Assembly: GCF_009914755.1 (NCBI RefSeq)
Contig: NC_060935.1
Source of the DNA: the human T2T-CHM13v2.0 reference genome, Homo sapiens
Direction: 5' to 3' (one strand)
DNA: 64,000 nt
Both the position numbers and the translations under genes were made by a program. Below the pieces are notes generated by a model. That model worked only from the letters and a program-made list of their open reading frames with translations. It made no database searches and had not been told where the DNA came from. Of this stretch, positions 12,957 to 24,454 are shown one piece after another (the first letter of the stretch is position 1; each line of letters opens with the position of its first letter).

Positions 12957-13487
12957 CCCAAGATGTTACAGGTCACAATGACCACATTTGAAATTGTTTT
13001 CCCTTTCATTTTACCCTGTGAAAGCATCTCTCCTAGAGCCTTGCAAGAGGCAGGTGACATTGTGTCCATATTTCTTCCTGTTTCAGAACTTCTGTTTCAC
13101 AACAATTTCTCTCTCGCTACAAGTATTCTTTCACTCAGCACTGGGGAAGTTGGGAACAGCTGGTCACCATCATCCCTTTAATCAACTCACACCTGTTTAA
13201 AGAGTGTTTCTGATTTGACCTTCATCCCTTAGTTTACTGGCGTTAAAAAAAGTCTCAGCAATTTTCATTATTTCTCGTGGGTCTCATTATCAAACCTTTA
13301 CTTATTTCGGCATATTTCCTCTGGGCTTCTTCTAGTTTCTGCCTTACAAGCAATGCTGTTCTGTAAATTTATTGAAACCTCTGGAACATTTCACCTTTAG
13401 AGATGGAGGATGGAAGGATTGGTACCAGAAGAGGGCTAAGATACGTTTTCTGTCTTGAGCTGAAAGCACAGTCTACTCTCCTTCGTT

Positions 13488-13560
13488 TTGTCGATGAGAA
13501 AGTTGAGGCCAGAGGGGAGGTGACATGTTTAGAGTCACCCAGCTGGTTAGTGACAGAAAA
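13488..13560 (-). mobile_element. MIR core fragment within the 3'UTR
   Basis: ttttgtcgatgagaaagttgaggccagag...gtgacatgtttagagtcacccagctggttagtgacaga. Confidence 0.6.
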
Positions 13561-16500
13561 AGCGTGAGAGTTGTCTAGGATTCCTGCCACTTTGGTCCCT
13601 GGCCTCTCCTGGGGGAGGCTGCTGTTCTTAGGTGCTCTAAGCTTAATCCCTCAGAATGTGTGGACAGGTCAGCTTAGAAGAGATGGGGAGATTCAGGATC
13701 CCCCTGTGCCAGAGCACAGCCTCACCGGATGCTGCTTCCCACACTGAAGTGTCCTGTCCGACCATTGCTATCTGAGGCATCCACAAGCAGGTAGGAAAGC
13801 TGGCGAGCCATTTTACTTCCTGAGGACAATTCCCCAGCCACAGGCTCTGAGTCAAATTTCTATTTGGTAAGCATCCTAGCAGCAAAGTCCTGCACTCAGA
13901 CCAGCCAAAAAACAGCCCCCATTCCAAGTACTTGGTGTCAAAAGTCCCCGAACGACTTTTAAACCCAAGTCTTCTTAAGGTTTCAGTACTGTGGTGGCTT
14001 TAGCAGTTGTTTTTGTGCAACTATAAATTATTTAAATCATCTGAGATGACAGTCAATTTTACAAACCAGGTACATATTAATTTGTATAATTTTGTATATG
14101 CTCTGGTACACTACCTGAACTAACGAAGGGTAGAACTAATTCTGTTTGTCAGTGTTCACACCTGTAACATTAGGAGGATATGTCTGCATTGCTTATTTCT
14201 TTATGTTGGTGTTTCTGTGGCAAAGCCCTGCACATGGCATTTCTGAAAAGCCTTAAATCTTTAAGATGTTGCATGTAGGGTATGCAGTGCAAAAGGCTGC
14301 CTCAGAACTGTGAGCCCTTTTGTAAGCTGGAAGCATTTCTCTTACTACTGTTACTTTTGTAGGAAGTTTTCAATTCAGAGCTGCCAAAGTGTTCCCGTAA
14401 GCAGTGCCTTAGTAATACCTTAGTCATGCCGCCAGCCTTTTCTTACACCAATTCCTAATGTTCATTTACGAATTGGCCCAATATTGGAAACAAAACAAGC
14501 AAAAATTGTCTTCATTTTTGTTTTGTAAGCCCATTTTTTCTCCAGTTCTATAGGAAACTGACTGCTTGGTGTAAAATCCGAAACTGGACACAAGTCAGTT
14601 CTTTCACCACACTCAAATGTATATACCAAAACAAAAGGTTGCAACTTCATAGTTTACTATGAAAAGCAAATTGTACTTTTTAATGTTGCCTTTTAAATTC
14701 ATGACCAAATACTTAGCTATTTGTGAATCTTCTGCACTCTAGCATGAAAGTGCCTTTGGTTTGAGATTCCAGCTTAGAAAAGTGCTGCCATAATAACGAT
14801 AATTTGTAGAGAGACCAAAAATATTTTGAGATCACCGTAATGCCTTTGGTTTACCGGGATGAGTAACCAACCACAGGCCTCTGTTCACAAGAGCACGACG
14901 TGGTCCCCGCCTGCTGCTAGTCTGTCTGCCACTGGGGGCCTCCCAACATCCATAGCACACTTCAGCGGAAGGACCCCAGAAACTGTTGTGTTTGTGTGTG
15001 CTGATGACCTAGTGTGTCATTTCACCTCGTCACCCAGCCCTGCGTCCGGATGAGGGGACTTCTGCACAAATGACAGAATCTCGGCTGGTGGACAGATACT
15101 ACAGCTTTCTCCTCCTCCTTGTGTTCGTGTTCAGTCTCTGTGGAGACTTTCTTTTCCATTCAAATGACAGTGCGCACTTATCTGGTTTACACAATGATAC
15201 CATTTTGAAAGTTGGAAGCCTCAAACTGAGACGACAGTGCAGAACAAAACAAAAGTGAGTTAGGGTCGTTAAAATTGAAGTGTTCTTCTTAGGGCAAACA
15301 TGTTGACTCCGAGTATTGTGTATGAATGTGCTACGAGAAACTTCCAAAGAGCACCATTCACAATTTGGCATTTTCAAAGAATGTTCCAGCCCTCAAAGGG
15401 GCAACTCTTTAAAGTCCTTGTTGGCTTTTATCCAAACCTTGTAGAAATTGGGAAAGCTGATAGAGGTAAGGAAGACGAGTGAAAAGGACAAGAAGGCCAA
15501 ACACCAGCCAAAAAGAAACTAGGAAAAAAAGATTTTCTTTGCTAATATAGATGTAAAAATAACATCAGACATCTTTGAAAATTAGCCTCTAAACTCTTAA
15601 TACATACGTTCTGTGTGTCTCTACCTGGCGTCTTTAAGAATATCCTCTCTGGGCTCTGAAATTTTAGGAGTGATTCTTATCCACTCCAAGTTGTAAGTAT
15701 TTGTAGAAATTTGTGCAAACAAACAAAAACTATCAAATGAAAAGAAAATGTACTCAACCTAACTTATAGTTAGCAGCTGGAATTCTCAACTCTTCCCTGC
15801 CAGCACTATACCACAGTGTGGAAGAAATTAGTCAAATGCTTGTTTTCCTGCTTCTCTTTTCAACTGTTACTGTGCTTTGTTTGAAAGTAGTTTTCTCTCT
15901 CAAAGCCGTTGCTTATATCGTTAAGAATGAAGGTTTGTGTTTAAAATTTATTGCATTGCAAAGGGTAGTTTCACTGAAGTCATGCACCATTAAATAAGAT
16001 GAAATATTTGTATTTATTGTCCTACTTCCTAAGCCGTAACTTCTTTTCCTCTGTGAATTTGCATTGAGTCACTCATGCTACACTACATCGCTTTAGTATT
16101 TGAGATGGCATTTATGTTTCCTCTCGTTTATCATGAAATGGGGTCAGATTCCATCAGATTCCACCTCTGTCAGGTGGACTCTTGTCTGCCTTCCATGATG
16201 AGATTTTTTTTCTCCTTCCCCTTTCTTTAAGAGAGGCTGACAGATCTAGGTGTCAATCAATTGGAAACCAGTCTCTGATTTTTTTTCATTAGTTATTTTC
16301 TATCATTAGTTTCACTGTGTAAATTAGATATCAACTGCACTTCTTTAAAAAAAAATACATCTCCCTATTACCTCCTTGAAAGATTTACTTCTGTAGGCCT
16401 TTTTCAATAGGCTCATGACTGCAGACAAGGAAAAAAAAAGTAAAAACAAAAACAGTATGTGCCTGAAAATGACAAAAAAAAAATTTGTAACATTTAAAAA

Positions 16501-17214
16501 AGAAACCTGAATAGCCTTTAATTCTTTAATAATACACTTAAATTTTATGTAAATCGGTTTTCGCCACGTGTGTTTGTTCACATTCTAAATGACTTAATGG
16601 GATTCTCACGGTCTGTGTCTTTGTGTCACGTGTATAAAATGGGCTTGTGATGTAAGCGTTTCATCTGGTCAGTGGTTCCTTTGATATTGTACTGCTGCTG
16701 GGAGTGGGCTGTGGAACCTGCCTTCGGGTAACTGGGTTCCTCTTGGGTAGATTGGAGAGATGGGGGTGGGCGTGGGCAAATTCTCACACATGTTTTCTTA
16801 ACCTATTTGCAGAAACTTTCAAAAGGCATTTGATTAAACCTCTTGGCAGTACAGTATTCTTGTATTTGTTAACGTCTGTGTTTAGGTACTGGTACCTTTT
16901 TGTTTTAAAATGTTCTAAGTGTTGGCTTTAAAGTGAATTTATCTTTAGTATGATAGTTATATGAAAATTATAGGATTTGTGTGCAGAGAATTTTTTTATA
17001 AAGTGCTTTGTAAAAAAAAAAAAATGTATTCTAGCTTTTGCGGTACATATGTGTGATAACTTTAATACCCATGACAGTTAAGTGCAATTATTTCATCACT
17101 CTAAAAATGCTATTTTTGTGTCAGTTCCTGCAGGTGTTTTCATGTCTTTGCAAAGTGACACATTTTGATGCCTTCTTGATAAAGTGGTAGACATTTTGTA
17201 GCTTTCTAGAAACT

Positions 17215-17300
17215 TTGTATTCATACGGTATCAATGAAAAATAAAGAAAATGAAAGTGTGGGTCACCTTTTTTATCTGCAGAAGTGTATGTTGTTAGGAA
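17215..17300 (+). terminator. TEAD1: TEAD1 distal polyadenylation signal
   Basis: TGTA at ~17216, AATAAA at 17240-17245, then a GU/U-rich tract (gtgtgggtcaccttttttatctgcagaagtgtatgttgtt). Confidence 0.8.
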
Positions 17301-18882
17301 TGAAATGTGCTTTATGTATTGTGAGTGATGATATGAAAGACAGAGTAAAGGAGGTCACAGCTTTCATCTTTTTGAAGGTGTCCACCAAGCTTGATAATTG
17401 GAACTTTAGGTGTTACATCTAACAGCGTTTCTTAAACAATACCCACAAGTCAATCAATCCACTTGCCTATCTCACTCTTTAGTGCATCATTAAAATTGAC
17501 ATAAGTTTTGCAGAATGGCTTGTCTGTCGATCCCAGACTTACCCTGAGAAGCCAGGTCCCATGGGCTTTAGCACACCAGCCCAACCATTGAGTGTTTTTT
17601 GTTGCTGTTATCCCAACTTGTTGGGCACATGCCAGGAATGAGGGATAGAGCAGAGGATGGGGTACAGAGATAAATGCAGCATGGCTGTTTCCTACACAGT
17701 ACTTAAATTCTCAGGAGTGGGATTGCACATTGAGCTATAACTCCTCCCGACCCCTGTCCTCAGCATCACCATGGGGTTCATGATTCAGGTGTATGCAGCA
17801 CAGGTGCCTAACAAAACTTTGGATTCCCCAAGCGTTTACTGTATGCTGGGCACTGTGCCAAGTGTGTTGGTACAATGTATATGTACATTGTACTTTAAAA
17901 TTCTCACTATAGTTCCAGTGACATCATTCCCCCAAACTGAGGCCCAGAAAGGAAAGGATAGCTTATTAAAAGTCATGACTAGTATGTGGTGGAGCCTTAA
18001 AGAAGGTCACTCTGACAGTTCAGCCTGGACTCTTGGCCCCTGCATCTTGGCTCACTGCACTGTGGAAGCAGCTCAAGACTAGAGGAGAAATCTGGCTTGG
18101 GGGCAAAGAACTTTCTTAAACGATGATTATCTTGGACTTCTGACAATGAGACTCAAATGTACCTTGGGATCCTTCATTTGTGTGAACTAGATCTCAGAGG
18201 GTCTTGCTTCTCCTTATTTCCTTGAAGTCTGAGGCAAAGCACGCTCTGGAGGGGAGCATGAACAGAGAAATAACTTGCCTGCCCCTTTGAAAAGGGATGA
18301 TTTTCAGCAAGCCACCATTTGAGAGGAATGCCATGGTCCAGTGAATTGCTCAGAGCAGAGGGAAGGAAATGATTTAGCATTTTGTTGAAGTCCTATGCCA
18401 AGCATCTTCACCATTTACTTTAACCCAAATACTCTTGAAACGTGGAATCATTTCTAATTTTTCAATAAGGAAATCGAAGCCTTAGAGATGGTAGAGGCCC
18501 TTGTTAAGGTCATACAAGCTGGTAAGTGGCAAGAATTTAGAGGTGACAGCACCTCCTTGCAGTTCTGGTGCGGCCACTCATGACACCTTTCTACCTCCTC
18601 CTCTAAAACAAGGTACTTTAATACCTCAAAAACATCCTTTGTTAGTGCCTAGGGTTCCAGTCACCTTGAGTTCAGCAAAGAGAGTGACCCGCTAGGTAAA
18701 CCAACATCATTGAGTAAAGAGACTAGAGGAGCAAAGAGGAAGGTTCTGGTGTGATCAAGGAACAAGCAACTTTGCTGGAAACCCCTAGTCATTTCTTCCT
18801 GCCTTATTGCTTCAGGGTACAAATATGTTCCAGGGTACTATTGAATTCTTCCTGCCTTATTGCTTCAGGGTGCTAATATAAA

Positions 18883-18954
18883 TAGCTACGACTTATTGGA
18901 AGCCATATAGTTATAAAGTAGCTACGACTTATTGGAAGCCATATAGTTATAAAG
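18883..18954. repeat. Perfect 36-bp tandem duplication
   Basis: tagctacgacttattggaagccatatagttataaag at 18883-18918 and again at 18919-18954. Confidence 0.97.
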
Positions 18955-19661
18955 TAATCAGTGTGAGCAACTGATAAAATTCCAATAATGTGTAAGCCTC
19001 TGAGGTGTTAGTGGGTAAAATTGCCTTCAAAGCCTCCCTTGTCCTGTTTGATGCCCCATAATGCCCCATACACCTGATTTTAAGTAGGTTATCACAAGTA
19101 GCAGATAAGCTGCTGATTACCTGACTGCATCTTTTCGGCAAATATTTTCCCACTTGCTTAGGTTTCCAAGAAGCTCAGATTTTTAATTTGTGCCCTGTGC
19201 TATTAATAAGCAACTAACTAAAATATAAAGGCACAGAATGATTGAAAGTAAAGAATGAAAAATATATACTATCAAAACACCAAAATAAATCTGATGTAGC
19301 TCTATTAACCTCAAACTAGTATAGCTCGAGGCAAAAATTACTACTAGAGTTAATGAAGATTACTTCAAGAAGACACAGGTTTCAGTTGACCAGGAAGAAT
19401 AAAGATGTTAAACTTGTAGGCACCTAATAACATAGCTTCAAATTACATAAAGCAAAATTTGACAAATGACCATAGTGGGAGTTTTTAAAAATAAACTCAG
19501 TTACTTACAGATAAAGCAGACCCCAAAAGTGTAAGAATTTGAACAGCATGATTTAATGTGCCGTTCTAATACAAAATACAAAGTAATGAACCCCGAAATT
19601 GGAGACTACATTATTTTCAAGTGCATACAGAATTGTTAAGAAAATTGATCATGTCCAAGGC

Positions 19662-19878
19662 CAAAGGCCAGGAAACTATGGCCCATGGGCCAAATCTTCC
19701 CTGTTGCCTATTTTTGTAAGTGAAGTTTTATTGGAACACAGCCATTTCGTTACTTATTGTCTGTGGCTGCTTCCACATGACAATGGCACAGTGGGTTTGT
19801 TGCAAAAAGATCCTATAGCTCACAAAACCTAAAATAGTTACTATCTGTACCTTTACAGAAAAAAATTGCCAAATCCCA
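19662..19878. mobile_element. MER58A-like hAT MITE inside an old L1M fragment (~19200-19900)
   Basis: aaactatggcccatgggccaaatc...tttttgtaagtgaagttttattggaacacagcc...ctttacagaaaaaaattgcc. Confidence 0.8.
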
Positions 19879-19919
19879 TCTTAAGCCAAAAAGCAGGGTT
19901 CTACATCCAGTAGTCCTAA

Positions 19920-20100
19920 AAAGATACTCATGATTCCCTTTCTTCAATGTATAGACACTGGCAAATGGTTAAAGATCCCTTTAATACCCTCATGTGGCAT
20001 CCTAGTATCATTCTTAAGTGCCCCAGCCTCTCCTTTGATTGGTGGTCTGTGGGTCTGAGAATAGGCTTAGATCTTGAAAGGATGAGTGAGGAATGGTGAT

Positions 20101-20149
<49 letters not shown>

Positions 20150-21575
20150 TGCAGCAGCTGACAGCTGACATCTCACCTGATCTTAATATTTTATTATTAG
20201 AACAGTTAAACTGCCCATCTACCTTATCCCTATCTTGCCATCTCCACAGATCCCTGTGGGGTTGCATCCTTGGTTGCCATTTCCTGCTACCTGTTATGGT
20301 AATAACTACCTTGCCTCTGACAGCTAAGTGCTGTCATCTGGCCTCTGCTGTTCCAGACTCCTATCATCCATTCACACAAGGGAAACCTCTCAACTCTGTT
20401 CTTCAAACCACTACAGAGTTTCCCAACAGCACAGCCCACTCACTAGTGCATTCACTCTGGTTTTAGTGAAGGAAATGTCTTTGGCACATAGGTAGTGGGT
20501 GTCCTGGTCATAAATTACAAATCCATCTCAGGAGCATTGCCACTTTGAACTTTCTGAGCCCTGCCTCTGTTCTGCAGGGCAGTTCTAGCATCTCCGCCTC
20601 ATTTACTGTAGACCATCATTTCCTCCAGACTTCAAGGAGCTATCCAGCAGCACGTTAGTATCAGCTTCAGGTTTCTGCTGGGATGTTAAATCCTGAATTG
20701 TAAAACTATCCCACATACTGATAAACCATCCCTAATCTAGTCTAGTCTCATGTCCTCAAGATTCATTCCCAGGCATGTTCTCCCAATTCCTGCTGAGAAG
20801 AGTAGCCAAATCCTGCAGCTGTCTTGATGATCCTTCTCTTCCTGAAGCAAGGACCCAACTTCCCCAGTTGGACCTTGCTGAGGCTTTACCCTAGTAATTG
20901 GTCTAGAAGCAATGACAGGAGGTGGGGCAGGCCTTGGAGGAGGCAAGCACTTCATCTTGGGGGGCATTCATTTCAGTTGAGGCCTTGACATGGTCTCCAA
21001 GCAAGGAAGCCTGTTATCCATCTGCAGGAGGGAGTGGACTGCTGACCCAGAGGGTTCAGAAGTATATGAGGTTCAGAGTTCTCAGCATTTCTATCCAGAT
21101 GTTCCCACCCCATGTTTAGGGTCCCACTCCTTAACTATTAGACTATTAGTGCCTGACTTTAACAGGATACTTGTGAGGGCTGTCAATTCAGTATTATTTG
21201 TAACTTCTAGCTTGGTTTTTAGCACAGTCTGCCCTCCAGCTGCATGGGCTGAGGATCACTTTAAATGCCAGGGAGTCCTTTGACACCATGCCCTAAGTTG
21301 AGCCTGATGCTGCCTTCCATCCTTGCACTGATTGCACTTAGCAACAACCAACCTATTCCACCATCCTTATAATTAACACCACCCCCATCTCTCTATCATT
21401 CTAGAGATTACGTAAGTGAGTGTATCCCCTTCCTGATGGGCCCAATACCAATTTACCACAGGTGGGAGTCTTAGCTATCGTGGTGCTACAACATACCAGG
21501 GGAGACGAACTGTCGTAGTTTAGGTTCCCCCAAGAAGCAGACCCTGAAAAAGGACTCAAGTGCAAAGTTTATTTA
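19920..21575 (-). mobile_element. ERVL-class (LTR16/HERV16-like) internal gag remnant with adjoining LTR fragment (21511-21575)
   Basis: Minus strand ggagtgggaccctaaacatggggtgggaacatctgg resembles the ERVL gag EWDP..W motif. tgtcgtagtttaggttcccccaagaagcagaccctga resembles an LTR16-type end. Confidence 0.55.
20107..20146 (+). repeat. (TG)20 microsatellite
   Basis: Directly visible. Confidence 0.98.
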
Positions 21576-22771
21576 GGCGAATTAATAGAAAATATCACTT
21601 TGTGTAATAAAAGGTGACATTCATGAAGGTGAAATAATTTTAAATTGGTATGCACTTAATACAATTGCCATAAGGATATGAAAGAAAAATGAGAGAGCAA
21701 CAAAAGAAAGTACAACTCAAAATCGTACATCTCTCAGTAATTAATGAAGCAAGCAGACAAATACCAGGAAATATGTAGAAATTTTGAAGTACTGAAAATA
21801 CATATATGTTTGTGTGTATTGTGTGTATACTATATCCCCAAATTGTCAAATTAATATTTTTCCAATCACATATGGAAAAATATGAAAACCTGTACTTGCA
21901 AATTAAGCAAGTCTCAATGTATTTCAAAGGATTGCTACAAAACACACAGTATTCTCTGACCACAATGGATTTCAGATAGAAATCAGTATAAAAGGCATCT
22001 TTAGGAAAGCTCCATGTATTTGAGAATTAATAAACATTTCTAATTAGTCATGGGAAAAAGTCATGGAAATTAAAACTGTCAAATCCTATTAAAATATGTG
22101 GAATGCAGCTAGAGCAGTATTTAGAGAGCATATAGGCAGACCTGCTTAGAAATGTGCATATTAGAAAAGAGAGACTAAAAATGAGTCATTCAATACACAA
22201 AGTTAAACAATAACAAAATGGAAACCAAAAAAAAAAAAAAAGGAACTACTAAAGGTAAGAGCAACCTTGGAAATAGAAAACACAATAGAGATGAACAAAG
22301 TCAGCAACTGGTTCTTCAAAAATACTCATAAAATATATAAAACCCTGGCAAGACTGAAAGAACCAAAACGATAAGAATGAAAATATGAGCATTCCTACAG
22401 GTCATATAAAGATTAATACAAGTATTTAAAAAGGTAATAAAAGTATACTATATAAACTTTATGCCAATAAATTTGTAAGTATAGATAACAGGGTGAATTC
22501 TTTAAATACTATAACTTAGGAAAATTGTCTCATGAAGATGTAGAAAAACTGAATAGTCTTAAAATCATTAAAGATAACAGTACTTCCCAGTATTTCCACA
22601 CAGAAAAACCCAGGCCTAGATGGTTTATAAGCTCTATCAAACTTTAAAGGAACAAAATTATGGAATCTTACATAAAATACTCCAGTGCATAGAACAAAGG
22701 AGGCAATTTTGGTCTTAGTTTAGGTCTTCTAGAAAGTGGAGCCTGAGGCAAGGATTAAGATGCTAATATTT

Positions 22772-23161
<390 letters not shown>

Positions 23162-23857
23162 TTACTATATTGACTACCACTTCATAGTAAGTCAAAAGGG
23201 ACATGTTAGGTTACTCAGTATGTGAGATTCTTGGAATGTGGATGTTTTTGGAAAGGTTGCAAGGAGGAACAATATCTTGGAGTAGTCAGTGGAAGAGAGA
23301 AAAGGGGGTAATCTTCCTGTCAGGTAAGCTCCCATCTCCCAGTTCTCATTGAGTAACATTCACCCAACAAGGATATTACTGCCATTTCATCTGTGTTGCA
23401 TCATGCCGACTTAGCAGCTGTTCAGGAATTGAGATCCATGTACTATGATGTGGTGTTTTATTAAAGTTCAAAAGTGAAGGGGAAACCTGGCATGTGTGGG
23501 GTGCCCACCAAGGGAAGGAAAGAGGGAGGCAGTTAAGGGAATCTGAGAAGGTACACAAAGTGTGTTTCTAAGTATGCTTTCCCATTTATTTGATAAGGCT
23601 AAAATACCAACAAGAAGACAATATGAAAAAGGAAGAATATAGGCTAATCTCATGCATAATAGAAACTGACAAAATATTAGCAATTTAAGAGTAACGATGT
23701 ATATAAAGCATAATGAAGGCAAAATGGGGTTCATTTTAAGAATGCAAGGTTAATTTAACTTAGAAAATCAACCCATGTAATTCATATTAAAAGATGAGAG
23801 AAAAATCATAGATCATCTGAGTAGATGAAGACACATACACCTGATAAAATCCAATGT

Positions 23858-24185
23858 CTGCTGTGGAATTAATATTTGTGTCCTTCCTTTCCCAAATTCA
23901 TATGTTGAATCTCTAATTCCCAATGTGATGATATTTGGAGGTGGAGTCTCTGGGAGGTAATTAAGGTTAGATGAGTCATGGGGTTAGGGACTCCATGATA
24001 GGATTAGTGCCCTTATAAGAAGAAAAGGCTAGAGTCCTCCCTTTCTGTTCACCATATGAGGAGATGGCGAGAAGGAGGCCATTTTCAAACTCAGAAAATG
24101 GTGCTCACAAGATACAGAATCTGTCAGCACCTTGATCCTGAACCTCTCAGCCTTTAGAATTGTGAGAAACAAATGTTGTTTATGT
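23858..24185 (+). mobile_element. MLT1A-like MaLR LTR
   Basis: cccaaattcatatgttgaa...aatgtgatgatatttggaggtgg...gattagtgcccttataagaaga...gcaccttgatcctgaac. Confidence 0.85.
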
Positions 24186-24454
24186 CCATTCATGATTTTT
24201 AAAAACTTAGCAAATTAGGACTAGAAGAAACCTTTCTGAACTGATAAGAGTATCTACTAAAAAAAAAATCAGCTTACAATAAAAACATTTCTTTTGATGT
24301 TGCGAATGAGACAAGAATGCCTACATTAAGACATCTACTCAACATACCAAGGTTCTAGACAGTGTAGTAAGGCAAGAAAAATAAATAAATGAAGATTGAA
24401 ATTCAATCTGTCATTATGCTAATATGATAAACTTCTATATGTAGAAAATCCAAA

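Larger units (their letters stand above)
9751..17262 (+). other. TEAD1: TEAD1 long 3'UTR (~7.5 kb)
   Basis: Continuous, largely repeat-free, U-rich sequence from the stop codon to AATAAA at 17240-17245. Consistent with the known long TEAD1 mRNA. The exact cleavage base is approximate. Confidence 0.85.

Noticed and set aside
18793-18956. CRISPR-like repeat-spacer pattern
   Set aside because: Only two copies of each unit, a eukaryotic context and no cas genes. These are simple local duplications.
19928-20466. ORFs with HTHT/VCVC runs
   Set aside because: Translations of the (TG)20 microsatellite inside an ERVL remnant.
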